The position numbers and the translations under genes are program-made. Positions 19,628 to 29,786 of a stretch of DNA of 50,961 bases are shown here, one piece after another (positions within the stretch are counted from its first letter, which is position 1; every line of letters starts with the position of its first letter). Origin of the DNA: Coleofasciculus chthonoplastes F2-STO-03 (GTDB taxonomy: Bacteria; Cyanobacteriota; Cyanobacteriia; Cyanobacteriales; Coleofasciculaceae); assembly GCA_040222015.1 (NCBI GenBank), contig JAVJWO010000181.1, forward strand, positions 1-50,961, in the 5' to 3' direction. The notes under the pieces are model-generated. The model ran no database searches and had not been told where the DNA came from. It was given only the letters and a program-made list of their open reading frames with translations.

Positions 19628-20962
19628 TTAATATCGTTCTAATAAAAGCTTTACTTCGGCGTCTAAATCGAAATCCCTCATCGCCTCCCACTCGGCTTGT
19701 CGAACTGCCAAATAAACATGAGCCAAATCTTCACCCAAAGCGTCGAGGAGTACCGAGTCATTTCTAAGCTGTTCTATCGACTCGGCTAACGTACTCGGCA
19801 ATCGTTCAATATTAGCCCCTTGGCGTTCAGCATCCGTCATCGTACCGGGATCTACAGACACAGGCATTCCCAATTCTAAACCTTGGCGGATACCATCAAG
19901 TCCCGCTGCAATCGTTGCCCCTAATGCTAAATAGGGATTCGCCGTAGCATCCACGGTTTTGAGTTCAAAATTAGACGGACTCGGGGGTTCAGGATGCGTA
20001 GGAACGCGCACAGCCGCTTCCCGATTATCTAGTCCCCAACACCGGAATGCCCCACTCCAAGACTGGGGGAAAAGGCGGCGGTAAGAATTGGTAGTGGGTG
20101 TTGTCAGTGCCATCAAAGCGGGTAGGTGGTGCAGAATTCCAGCGATAAAATGACGCGCTGTATCGGACAGATCGCCATTTCCCTGTGGATGAGGGATAAG
20201 ATTTTCGCCCTCTCGCCAGAGACTCAGGTGCAGGTGACAACCGCTACCCGCTTGATTGGCAAAGATTTTGGGTAAGAATGAGGCGATGCGATAATGTTGA
20301 AGTGCGATCGCTTTAATCGTTTCCCGGTAGGCAATCTGTTGATCTGCCGCACTGAGGGCGTTGGTGTAAAGGATGGAGATTTCCTGCTGACCGAAACCGG
20401 ATTCGGGATAATATTGCTCAACCAGCATTCCCTGCTCGATTAACGCTTCCGCCATCTGATCAATGATCCCTTGATGCAAATCCATCGCCATCGTCGAGGC
20501 AAATACAGTTTCATCCGCAGGTGCAATACCCTCAGCAGTGCGCTGCAAGAGATAGAACTCATTCTCAAAGGCGGCAATCACCTCTAACCCTTCCTGGTTC
20601 GCCTCCGTAACCATGCGTTTGAGAAAATGACGGGGACAGAGACTCCAAGGCACACCATTGAGTATCATATCGCCCATGACACGGGCGTGACCTGGGCAAT
20701 AGGGTAAAGGATTCAACGTACTCCAGTCTGGCACTAGACGAATTTCACCCACGGGTCCAAACCCACTCCCCGCTACAGGCGCATCATACATGACCGGAAT
20801 GGCTTGTTGCGCCGCAGAAATACCTACACCATGGCTGAGGTATTCGGATAAGGCTTTCCGATGGACTGCCTTACCCCGGATAATGTTGGCATTGTCGCAC
20901 CAGAGAATGCGGACAAATTGAATCCCAAGCTGGTCAAGATTTTGTCGTTGTTCTTTTTCCAT
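19628..20962 (-). CDS. Glutamine synthetase-like gamma-glutamyl ligase (NodGS/FluG-type, not canonical GlnA)
   Basis: FENEFYL, E...GQQEI, GSGCHLHLSL, NSYRRL, WG.DNREAAVR and D.TANPYL motifs. Confidence 0.9.
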   Translation of the reverse strand: MEKEQRQNLDQLGIQFVRILWCDNANIIRGKAVHRKALSEYLSHGVGISAAQQAIPVMYDAPVAGSGFGPVGEIRLVPDWSTLNPLPYCPGHARVMGDMILNGVPWSLCPRHFLKRMVTEANQEGLEVIAAFENEFYLLQRTAEGIAPADETVFASTMAMDLHQGIIDQMAEALIEQGMLVEQYYPESGFGQQEISILYTNALSAADQQIAYRETIKAIALQHYRIASFLPKIFANQAGSGCHLHLSLWREGENLIPHPQGNGDLSDTARHFIAGILHHLPALMALTTPTTNSYRRLFPQSWSGAFRCWGLDNREAAVRVPTHPEPPSPSNFELKTVDATANPYLALGATIAAGLDGIRQGLELGMPVSVDPGTMTDAERQGANIERLPSTLAESIEQLRNDSVLLDALGEDLAHVYLAVRQAEWEAMRDFDLDAEVKLLLERY

Positions 20963-21166
20963 GCATTTTCTGGTGAGCTAGTACAAGAAGGCTCCAAGTG
21001 CGAGGGCAGAGGGCTGAAGGCTTTTTGGCTTATGGTAGCTGCTTTTTCCGCTAGCTTGTTAATGGGTTAGTTATTTCTGAATGTATTTCTAACCCAGAGT
21101 AGATCCATAAATTAACGTTTCTTAATATAATAAGAAGATACACGGCTGATATAAAGGAGCGATCGC

Positions 21167-21907
21167 GTGCTAACCCTAGACCGCCTTGGAGAAGAGACCC
21201 TAAACAGAATTGCAACACTGGCACTGTCCAGCCAAATCGATGATGCCAGAAAACTTAATGTGCGAGTCAAAACAGACCCCTCCCTGTTAGCCAAGGGTCA
21301 ATTGGAATCTCTGGTGATTTACGGTGAAGGGTTAATCATGGAACACGATATCCGTCTGCAAGAGATGGCTATCCGGTTAGAAACCATTGCGGTTGCTCCC
21401 TTCAAAGCCTTGACGGGTAATATTGTACTGACCCAACCGACAGAGGGAACAGCACGGATTGTGATTGCTCAAGCTGACCTCAACCGCGCCTTCAACTCCG
21501 ATGTGCTAGGGACTCAGCTTCGCTCACTCCAGGTTCAGGTGGACGGTAAGCCGCAAACGCTCAACGTCAAGCAGGTAAATTGTCGCCTGTTAGCCGAAGG
21601 TCGAGTTTGTCTTGATGCTGATGTGCGGCTGAGTCAAAGTGATGAAACACAACGAGTATCATTCACCACCACTCCTAAAGTCAGTAATGACGGACGCAGT
21701 GTTGTCCTAGAGAAGGTTGAATACGTCCAAGGAAAAGAACTCTCAGCAGAATTCACTCAAGCCTTAGTAGCCAAGGCGGGTAAAATTTTACACTTGAGTC
21801 ACTTTGAAATGCCAGGGATATCGCTACGTATGCATCATCTGGAGGTGAAAGACGGTCAACTCACCCTGCAAGCCGTGGCTCATGTGACCCAATTTCCATC
21901 CGTATGA
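21167..21907 (+). CDS. DUF2993 (LmeA-like) domain protein
   Basis: LGE..LN.IA..ALSSQ, L..GQLES..I.GEGL and DLNRAFNS pattern. AAGGAG RBS. Confidence 0.8.
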   Translation: MLTLDRLGEETLNRIATLALSSQIDDARKLNVRVKTDPSLLAKGQLESLVIYGEGLIMEHDIRLQEMAIRLETIAVAPFKALTGNIVLTQPTEGTARIVIAQADLNRAFNSDVLGTQLRSLQVQVDGKPQTLNVKQVNCRLLAEGRVCLDADVRLSQSDETQRVSFTTTPKVSNDGRSVVLEKVEYVQGKELSAEFTQALVAKAGKILHLSHFEMPGISLRMHHLEVKDGQLTLQAVAHVTQFPSV

Positions 21908-22263
21908 CGCGCTGAAGGGATGGGTAAGAACGCTAAAAAAGCGACTTGGTGTTGGGGTGTGGGGAAAATGCTAACAACTGTTAAGCGGTTCGGCATTTAA
22001 ATAATGTGAATGGTACTGACTGGTATGTTGGTGGGCAATGCCCACCCTACGCTACGCTATATCAAGAGTTTCGGCGAGCCAAAAATGCTTATTTCAGTGC
22101 TGTTAACCTTAATGTCAGCGCCGTTATAATTCAGTCCGCGTAGGCGGACTTTGTTTGTGTAGCAGCGATTTTAATCGCCGTGGCAAAAAGGCTTACTCCC
22201 AACCTAGTCAATGTTATTTGTTATCCTATAGAATACTATATTTTGATCGAGATAACGTGAACC

Positions 22264-22869
22264 ATGTCTCGTGCTACCCCTTATCAACCATTACTTCTGA
22301 GACTATTGCATGGTATCAATGGGCTGATTGCTATTTTAGCTATCATCACATCCTACTGGGTGTATGACACCTACGATGGGCGATTTGGTCAACTTTCTCT
22401 GCCCCAAATTCCGGATATTATTGGCATTCATGGTACATTTGGCAAAACCTTACTCCTAGCCGTAACGCCAGCGTTTGCCTTATACAGTTTTCATTTAGGG
22501 TCTAAACGCTTGGTTCAACCCAATTCGTTTCAAAAACTCAGACAACTGGGTAAACCTATCGGTTGGTATAGTCTGCATCGGATTGTCAATACGGTGATGT
22601 TATTGGCGGTTACCTTTTCCTTAGTGACTGGCAGTATGGTCAAAGAAGAATGGTTGCCGAATGGAGAATTAAATCATATCTGGTATTATCTGCACTTAAC
22701 CGGATGGGTGATATTAGTTGGATGTTTAGCGATTCACTTGTTAATCAGTGCCAAGGTAGGAGGATTGCCCTTATGGGTATCTATGTTTAAGCTAAACTAT
22801 CGTCCAGAGGATTCTCCCAAACGGTGGATTCAGACAGTGCGTTCATTCGTCCGGCGTGAAGACAGATAA
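22264..22869 (+). CDS. Cytochrome b/b6-like (Ni-hydrogenase cyt b family) membrane protein
   Basis: Four TM helices with His pairs (LLH, GIH, LHR, YLH/AIH). Confidence 0.85.
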   Translation: MSRATPYQPLLLRLLHGINGLIAILAIITSYWVYDTYDGRFGQLSLPQIPDIIGIHGTFGKTLLLAVTPAFALYSFHLGSKRLVQPNSFQKLRQLGKPIGWYSLHRIVNTVMLLAVTFSLVTGSMVKEEWLPNGELNHIWYYLHLTGWVILVGCLAIHLLISAKVGGLPLWVSMFKLNYRPEDSPKRWIQTVRSFVRREDR

Positions 22870-22893
22870 TATCATATCCCCAGAAGGCATAAT

Positions 22894-23067
22894 ATGAAGC
22901 GAAATACGCTACTTATTGTTATAGAAAGTATCGTCATTGGCGGGATTCTATTTGGTTGGATTGCCCCCTTATTGTTTCCCTCAGAGGAACCGGAACAGAG
23001 TATAAGTCTTGTAAAAACATTGCAAGCAATCTCTGGAACACTTTTTCTAGGTTTTAGCTTGTATTGA
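22894..23067 (+). CDS. Small membrane ORF (57 aa) in frame with the upstream cytochrome b gene
   Basis: MKRNTLLIVIESIVIGGILFGWIAPLLFP... lies in the same frame as 22264, 8 codons past its stop. Confidence 0.5.
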   Translation: MKRNTLLIVIESIVIGGILFGWIAPLLFPSEEPEQSISLVKTLQAISGTLFLGFSLY

Positions 23068-23271
23068 CTTGATGATGCGATGAGATCCCCCTAAATCCCC
23101 CTGCTTCAAAAGGGGGACTTTGATTACATTATATTTCAGGTTCAGCCTTAAGTTGACACTAGGAAATCGGTCAAGAAACCGGGTTTTTTTGGGTGAAAGC
23201 TTGATATGAGAGTTGTCATCCTCACTCTTAACCCGGTTTCTGATAATACTTGACCGACGCTCTAGGCTATC

Positions 23272-23517
23272 TTAGCTACTGAAGTGACGCCGGAACCGAG
23301 GATCAAGATGATGTTTTTTCTTTAAATTACAGGAACGGCAAAGAGTTTGTAGGTTACTAATATCATTTTTCCCCCCACGGGCAAGGGGAATAATATGATC
23401 AATTTGCAGTTTGGTATCGAGTTGGGTTTTACCGCAGTTTTGGCATTGGTAATTGTCGCGTTCAAATACATAGTTTCTCACTTCTGGCGGAATGGGAATT
23501 CGCGGTGTTTTTTTCAT
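23272..23517 (-). CDS. HNH endonuclease
   Basis: VFERD.YQCQNCG, IDHIIP...GG.N...NLQ.LCRSCN. The start is placed at MKKTPR because the upstream extension is repeat-derived. Confidence 0.9.
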   Translation of the reverse strand: MKKTPRIPIPPEVRNYVFERDNYQCQNCGKTQLDTKLQIDHIIPLARGGKNDISNLQTLCRSCNLKKKHHLDPRFRRHFSS

Positions 23518-23583
23518 GGGTTTTCTGGCGTTTCGGGCGCAAGCCTTGCGCCCCGACAAGGAATGGGATTGGCGGCGTTTTGT

Positions 23584-24015
23584 TTATTGGTTTTCTGGTT
23601 GATTTTCTTGGTTGATCCTCTGACGTAAATCATCAAGCGGCGATTCGGGTGGATCAACTTTTGGATTATCACTGGTATCTTTATTTCCATCCTCCGGCTC
23701 TTCTGTATAAAACTCAAAGCTAACTTTTATTTTAACTTTTCCTTTTTTCCATCGATTAGCACCTAGCTGGAGTATTTCACAATCTACGCCCTCGCTAAAC
23801 CATCTCGTATATTCTTCATACTCATCGTTTGGTCGCAAAAGTGTTTCATCTATATTCACTCCATTATCAATTAAATTATTATTAATCCTATCTCCTATGT
23901 CTGCATCCAATGATTTATCTAAAGCTTGCTTTAATTTCTTGACTCTAAATGTATCGCCTCCAAAATCCAAAACATCGTTGTCATCACATTTAGATAGAGA
24001 TAAATTATTTTCCAT
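23584..24015 (-). CDS. KGK domain protein (third copy)
   Basis: WF.EG.DCEILQLGA..WKKGKVKIK..FEF and ESPLDDLRQ tail. Confidence 0.9.
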   Translation of the reverse strand: MENNLSLSKCDDNDVLDFGGDTFRVKKLKQALDKSLDADIGDRINNNLIDNGVNIDETLLRPNDEYEEYTRWFSEGVDCEILQLGANRWKKGKVKIKVSFEFYTEEPEDGNKDTSDNPKVDPPESPLDDLRQRINQENQPENQ

Positions 24016-24040
24016 GTCAATTTATAGTTACTGAATTTAC

Positions 24041-24195
24041 CCTGACAACTATTTTAATCGAAAATCTAAGTTATTGTAGGTTGGCTAGAGCGTCAGCGTT
24101 ACCCAACAAAAAATCATGGAAGTTGGGTTTCGTTCCTCAACCTAGCCTACACAGGTAACAGGGTGGGGATTTCGGGCGCAAGCCTTGCGCCCCTA
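24041..24195. repeat. ~155-bp intergenic block duplicated at 25418..25572
   Basis: Near-identical CTGACAACTATTTTAATC...GGGCGCAAGCCTTGCGCCCCTA upstream of KGK copies 1 and 3. Confidence 0.9.
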
Positions 24196-24223
24196 AAAAA
24201 TATGGAAATTGGTGGCGTTTTGT

Positions 24224-24763
24224 TTATTGGTTGTCTGGTTGATTTTCTTGGTTGATCCTCTGACGCAAATCATCAAGTGGCGATTCTGGCTGGGGAATGT
24301 CGGATTCATTGATTTCCAGTATTTCTTCAACCTCTGGTTCATCAGGGCAAAATTCCAAGATAAACTGAGTTATGGATTTTTTTTCAGAGTCATTTTCATT
24401 GGGAAAAATTTCTAAATTTGCTTGAATTCTTAACTTGCCTTTTTGCCAATGTTTAGATCCTAGTCTGAGAATTTCACAATTTTGTCCTGCTTGAGGAAAA
24501 ACCCATTGAATCTTAACATTGCCTAAACTAGAACCTAAGCCAGTTATACCCAGGTTCGTGTAATCAATTAAACGTCTATTATCTTGGTTTTTACCTGAAT
24601 TTCGTTGGGTAAACCATGTTCTTACTTGACTCTCTAAATTTATCCTTAAGTTATCGTAGAATTGAAAAATTTTGAATAGTTGATTATTGGGGAATGATAA
24701 TACATCGTCATCATTACAGTTCAAGGGGTTAAATTCATTGTTAAATTCCCTGTATTCAGTCAT
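24224..24763 (-). CDS. KGK domain protein (second copy)
   Basis: CEILRLGSK.WQKGKLRI, LEFCPDEP and ESPLDDLRQ tail. Confidence 0.9.
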   Translation of the reverse strand: MTEYREFNNEFNPLNCNDDDVLSFPNNQLFKIFQFYDNLRINLESQVRTWFTQRNSGKNQDNRRLIDYTNLGITGLGSSLGNVKIQWVFPQAGQNCEILRLGSKHWQKGKLRIQANLEIFPNENDSEKKSITQFILEFCPDEPEVEEILEINESDIPQPESPLDDLRQRINQENQPDNQ

Positions 24764-24959
24764 ATCAAAAAACTCATTTTTTTCATTTTATAATCTCTTT
24801 TACTGAGATATTGCATCAGTTTAAATAGAGAAATGGTGCGTTACGCTTCGCTAACGCACCCTACTGGCTACTGGCTGCTGTTCATGGATGTTGCGGGCGC
24901 CAGCCTTGCGCCCCTACAATAAATGAAAATTGGTGGCGTTTTGTTTATTGGTTGTCTGA

Positions 24960-25361
24960 TTAATTTTCTTGGTTGATCATCTGACGCAAATCATCAAGTG
25001 GCGATTCTGGCTGGGAAATTTCAGGTTCATTGCTTGCTGATGTTTCTTCAATTTCAGGGTCATCAGGACAAAACTCTAGAGTAAGTCTAACTTTGCCATT
25101 CTGCCACCCCTTGCCCTCATGGGTAAGAACTTGACATTGTATTCCCTCATTCCACCAACCATTTACTTCTTCTCTATCTCGTCGTTTTTGCTGGACTGAA
25201 TACTTTAGGACATTATCATTGTTTATAAGTAAGTTAATCATTGCTTTAATGAATTCACTTACTTTAAACGTGGGATGTGCAATTAAAATTGACAAAGAAT
25301 CCTCAGATAAAGATACTATTTCATCTTGCTGTAGGCGTTTTAAATGGTTTTTATTGTTCAT
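24960..25361 (-). CDS. KGK domain protein (first copy)
   Basis: EGIQCQVL....KGWQNGKVRLTLEFCPD and ESPLDDLRQ tail. AAGGAG RBS. Confidence 0.9.
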   Translation of the reverse strand: MNNKNHLKRLQQDEIVSLSEDSLSILIAHPTFKVSEFIKAMINLLINNDNVLKYSVQQKRRDREEVNGWWNEGIQCQVLTHEGKGWQNGKVRLTLEFCPDDPEIEETSASNEPEISQPESPLDDLRQMINQEN

Positions 25362-25708
25362 TTATCATCTCCTTTAGAGAAATGGTGCGTTACGCTTCGC
25401 TAACGCACCCTACTGGGCTGACAACTATTTTAATCAAAAATCTAAGTTATTGTAGGTTGGCTAGAGCGTCAGCGTTACCCAACAAAAAATCATGGAAGTT
25501 GGGTTTCGTTCCTCAACCCAACCTACACAGATAACATGGTGGGGATTTCGGGCGCAAGCCTTGCGCCCCTACAATAAATGGGAAGTAGTAACTTACCCTT
25601 GATAAATGGTGCGTTACGCTTCGCTAACGCACCCTACAATTGGGCTTGCTGACAATGGTGCAAGATGTCAGTTTTGTCTGTGATTGCTTAGAAGTCATCT
25701 CTATTAGA

Positions 25709-28177
25709 TCATTCAGATGTAGATACTGACTCTATACTATCATCCAAAGCGTCTGACTCAGTAGACGCAGGTGTCGCGATTAAATCTGACTCCTCAATCG
25801 TCGGTAATTGATGATGCCTGTCTAATTTCATCGCCTGTAAACAATGATTAATCCCAGCAACGGCTTGATTGTAATCCACAATCTTTTGCTCAACTTCCTC
25901 TTGCATTCGCTGATTCTGTTGAATCTTCTCCTCCGCTTCTTTTTCCAAGGTTTGCTCTAAATACGCACGAGCATTGGGATACTGCTGTAAAATACGATCC
26001 GCCTGTTCATCTGCCATTGGTAATAACATCGTTTTCAGAGTTTGATTAACCGTTTGGCGGAAATTGCGGCGAATAGATTTTGAGACTTTGGGTTCAAAAT
26101 CTAATTTCAATAACTGCCGAATCGCAGGTTCAGCTTCAATCATACTTTCCGCATCATACCCCTGTGAGGTTTGCTGTAACGTTTGCCGGAATTGATAAAT
26201 TGAAAATGTGCCTTCATCATAAAAACGGGGACTTTCTCGCACATATCTGTCACACTCTGTTCGCGCTTCACTGGCTAACGCCTGACAGACTAGCTTTTCC
26301 ACCGCCTTTAACTGTTGCTCAATTCCGCCATCATTTCCCAATAATCGATAGAGTTGACTGTAATAATCACTGCGGCGTATTTGTTCCATCAGATAAGCAA
26401 AAAAATGAGACGCTACCTGTTGAGATGCTTCGACTAAAACATCTTCTAACTGATTCGCTAAATAATAAAGCGCCTCGACTAAAACGGCAATTAAGGGGGC
26501 GGTTGCATTGCGGGGATGGCTGCGAGTAGCACGACTATAGGCTTGGGCGACTGAGAATGTATTGAGTAATTCATCGAGGCGTTGAATCATTTGATGTTGG
26601 AGTTGGCGAAATTCTATCTCAAAGGCATTACAGCTATTGGTTACCGCCTGATTTACTTCTTCAGCAATGTGAATACAAAATTCTCTCCCTACCTGCTGCA
26701 ATTCCTGATTCAACCGTTCTAACTCCTGGGCTTTCATCGCCTCTATTTCGTGAGGTTGACTGTCTAAATCTCGCTGAATCCCCAGATAATGTTTCTTGAG
26801 ATTAATACATAAGGGTTGTAAGTCATCAGCGAGATTGGCAAATAACTGGGGACGCTTTTCCTCGGTAAGATAGCGCGTAATTGATGTACGAAATTGTTCA
26901 ATCCCACTATCTTGAATCAGTTGCTCAATCAGAGGGATTCCCCATTCACTGAGAATCCGCACATAGTTCTCTGCTGGCGTTTCATAACCCCTGACAGAAG
27001 TTTTAAACTCACTACCAACCAATTTACCCGAACCACAATACCGATTAAATTCATTCACGAATTGTGGCGTTTCCTCTTGAATACCTGTCTCTCTGAAAGC
27101 CTCAGCAAAAATAGAATCTAAGCCAAAGCGATCGCGTTCTGTGGAATGCTTGATTTGACTGCCATAAAATCCCAGTAATCCGCTGGTTTTATGAACCTTG
27201 GGGGTATCCCAGAATTGGCTACGAATCAAATCATCTAACCGCTGTCGCAACTGGTTGTTATACCAGGTTTCATCAATACGATTGAAAATATAAAAGACGC
27301 GATCGCGAATTCCTGGATTACTGCGAATCGTCTCCAGCAGTTGCGTTTCCTCGGTTGTCATATCCCCGGCTAAGGCTGGTTTCAACACACAAACAACGGC
27401 GGAGGTTTCGGGATTTTCTATCTTGGTATAGGTTAACTGGGCATCTTGTTTAACGGGTGCATCAATTCCTGGCATATCAATTAAAACATTACCATCTTGT
27501 AATAAGGGATGATGGCAATAATATTCAATCCGCTTGAGAACCGCACTATTGCTTCCCCGACGCGCATAACCCGCTGCTTCTTTGAGATTAGAAAAATAAA
27601 ACTGTTCCATCGAATACGTCGCATGGCTGGTAGAATGGATGCGATCGCGGTTTGCCAAAAACCCCTCCATTAGCAAGTCCAATGCCTTTGCTTGTTTGGC
27701 GCGTTCTGACTTACTCTCTCCGCCTTCCTGCTGAATAATCTCTTGACATCCTTGACGTAAAGTGTTAATTTCATCAGACTGCTGAATATGATTCGCGGCT
27801 TTCGCGGCGGCGGATAATCCCAATTTCTGACATAGGGCTACCGCCTGTTCTCGAATCTCTGCTTCACTCAAAAACGTCAGTACCACTCGTTCTTGATCTG
27901 TATCCGCATAGGCGATATAACATTCTGTACCTGTGGCGTGTCCCTCGGCGCTATAAAGCAGTTCCCGTTCTAATAGTGCATTAATTAGCATCGATTTCCC
28001 CGCACTAAAAGCACCGGCAAAGACAATCTCAAATGTGGGAGAAATGGCTTTGTGTAGAGAAGCTTGCACAGATGTGATATCCTGGGATGTGCGTAATGAT
28101 GGCTCTTGATATAGTAATTGCAGAAGACTGTCTACTTGGGCTTGCAGGTTCTCACATTGAGTTGGTGTGGATGTCAT
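25709..28177 (-). CDS. Bacterial dynamin-like GTPase (SynDLP/KGK-clade type)
   Basis: G1 GAFSAGKS, G2 AT, G3 DMPG, G4 NRID, HPRN loop, Cys8 plus a C-terminal Cys, and a long helical stalk. Confidence 0.92.
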   Translation of the reverse strand: MTSTPTQCENLQAQVDSLLQLLYQEPSLRTSQDITSVQASLHKAISPTFEIVFAGAFSAGKSMLINALLERELLYSAEGHATGTECYIAYADTDQERVVLTFLSEAEIREQAVALCQKLGLSAAAKAANHIQQSDEINTLRQGCQEIIQQEGGESKSERAKQAKALDLLMEGFLANRDRIHSTSHATYSMEQFYFSNLKEAAGYARRGSNSAVLKRIEYYCHHPLLQDGNVLIDMPGIDAPVKQDAQLTYTKIENPETSAVVCVLKPALAGDMTTEETQLLETIRSNPGIRDRVFYIFNRIDETWYNNQLRQRLDDLIRSQFWDTPKVHKTSGLLGFYGSQIKHSTERDRFGLDSIFAEAFRETGIQEETPQFVNEFNRYCGSGKLVGSEFKTSVRGYETPAENYVRILSEWGIPLIEQLIQDSGIEQFRTSITRYLTEEKRPQLFANLADDLQPLCINLKKHYLGIQRDLDSQPHEIEAMKAQELERLNQELQQVGREFCIHIAEEVNQAVTNSCNAFEIEFRQLQHQMIQRLDELLNTFSVAQAYSRATRSHPRNATAPLIAVLVEALYYLANQLEDVLVEASQQVASHFFAYLMEQIRRSDYYSQLYRLLGNDGGIEQQLKAVEKLVCQALASEARTECDRYVRESPRFYDEGTFSIYQFRQTLQQTSQGYDAESMIEAEPAIRQLLKLDFEPKVSKSIRRNFRQTVNQTLKTMLLPMADEQADRILQQYPNARAYLEQTLEKEAEEKIQQNQRMQEEVEQKIVDYNQAVAGINHCLQAMKLDRHHQLPTIEESDLIATPASTESDALDDSIESVSTSE

Positions 28178-28481
28178 GATGGTAGTGATTGAGCGAAAAA
28201 GTGTTTAGTTTGATTGTATCGCCAGTTTAATTTAGAACTTACGTATTGACAAAGTGAATAGAATGTGTATGCAACAGATATAGCATGGGTAGAAAATTTT
28301 CCAGAAACAGAATTGACCAACTCTGATAATACGGATAATAGATGATTATGTTAGATATTATTTTATACTCAGCCAACAATCAAGGCGATTGAAATCGCTG
28401 CTACACAAACAAAGTCCGCCTGCGCGGACTAGGTTATAACGAGGGTAATGTTCCCCGGATTTGGTATAAGTATCCAAGCTA

Positions 28482-29591
28482 TTATTCAGGATGATAAACC
28501 CGATCCGGTGTATGATCGGAATTAATTTCAATTACTAAATCCACCCAATCTGGATTGTGAATTAATGGTGTAATAAATAATTCTGGATGCAATGCTTTCC
28601 AAAAATACTTGACAAACTCATTAATTTGTGAGTCACTCATCCCCGATTTACCCGTCGCGATCATTTCCGTCTCCGCCTGACGCCGCCATTGCAAACTTAG
28701 GCGATAATCAATGGGATAAAGTACGATTAAACGATCTAAGCGTTCCCACAAGGGCAAATAGGCTTTCAATCGTTCATTGATATCCCGTGCAAAAGCGCGA
28801 TCGCTCTCGGTTTCAATAGGTGCTGGAGTCGCCCCCGAAAACACAGTCGCCGCCACGGGACGCACGCCGACAAACCAGCCTTCAAACAACACAATATCCG
28901 CCTTTTGTACAGGTTCAAAATCCGTGCGATCGCCTGCACCTTGCCAAGCGGATTTATCAAAGCGGGGAATGAGAATAGAGTCTGAGGAATTTTGCGATCG
29001 CAACTCATCTAATACCTGTATTCCCAAGTCTACATCATGGGTTCCCGGTGGACCACGCCAAATTAAACGCGGATCATGTTCTCGCAGTTGCTGTCTTTCT
29101 TGATAGGTTTTATACAGGTCATCAATGGAAAGGCTAAGGGTGCGATATTCTAACTGGGCTAAAATTAATTTTAATACAATCGCTAATGTGGTTTTTCCTG
29201 TGCCTTGTCCGCCTAATATTCCCTGAATTAGGGGACGATCTAACTGTTTTCGAGATTCCGCCAATTGTATCGCCAACGGAAGCCATAATCGCCACATAGA
29301 TAGGAGAATATTCGTTTGAATAGACTCTGAATGTTTGGGATTATCCTTGATTTTGGGGGCAAAATAGGGCAGAGTGAGAACATCAGAATAAATGGATTCA
29401 AAAAGACGCGATCGCGCCCGTAATTTTTCTGATACGTTATCTGGCGTAATTCCCAACGCTTTCGCTCGTTCCGGCGGTGTTAATTCTGCTGTGACTAATT
29501 TTTTCCAAGCCAACGAATTTGGTGCTTTTCCAGCTATCCACTGATTAAGAATCTCACCAAGAGAAGGAGATGGAGAAATAGGATGAGTCAT
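28482..29591 (-). CDS. D-glycerate 3-kinase (plant GLYK-type)
   Basis: GGQGTGKTT, SIDDLY, RGPPGTHD, PRFDKS...G.GDR and EGWFVG motifs. The ORF extension to 29621 is REP-derived. Confidence 0.88.
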   Translation of the reverse strand: MTHPISPSPSLGEILNQWIAGKAPNSLAWKKLVTAELTPPERAKALGITPDNVSEKLRARSRLFESIYSDVLTLPYFAPKIKDNPKHSESIQTNILLSMWRLWLPLAIQLAESRKQLDRPLIQGILGGQGTGKTTLAIVLKLILAQLEYRTLSLSIDDLYKTYQERQQLREHDPRLIWRGPPGTHDVDLGIQVLDELRSQNSSDSILIPRFDKSAWQGAGDRTDFEPVQKADIVLFEGWFVGVRPVAATVFSGATPAPIETESDRAFARDINERLKAYLPLWERLDRLIVLYPIDYRLSLQWRRQAETEMIATGKSGMSDSQINEFVKYFWKALHPELFITPLIHNPDWVDLVIEINSDHTPDRVYHPE

Positions 29592-29732
29592 AAGTATTAA
29601 GGTAGGGGCAGGTTTAGCCACAATTACAATTGTAGGGGCGGGTTTAGGAACAATCGTAGGGGCGGGTTTAGGAACTCAATTAACTTGTCATTGATAGCGT
29701 ATCAACAAAACCCGCCCTCCCTCCTTATAATC

Positions 29733-29786
29733 TGACAAATGACCAATGACAAATGACCAATGACAAATGACCAATGACAAATGACA
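29733..29786. repeat. STRR heptamer tandem repeat (AATGACA/AATGACC)
   Basis: About 7 copies. Confidence 0.9.

Noticed and set aside
19628..20962. glnA
   Set aside because: It lacks GSI signatures such as FDGSS and fits the GS-like gamma-glutamyl ligases.
23535..25570. Integron attC sites
   Set aside because: The palindromes are short GTAG-type repeats also found elsewhere (e.g. 12312), there is no RYYYAAC/GTTRRRY architecture, and there is no integrase.
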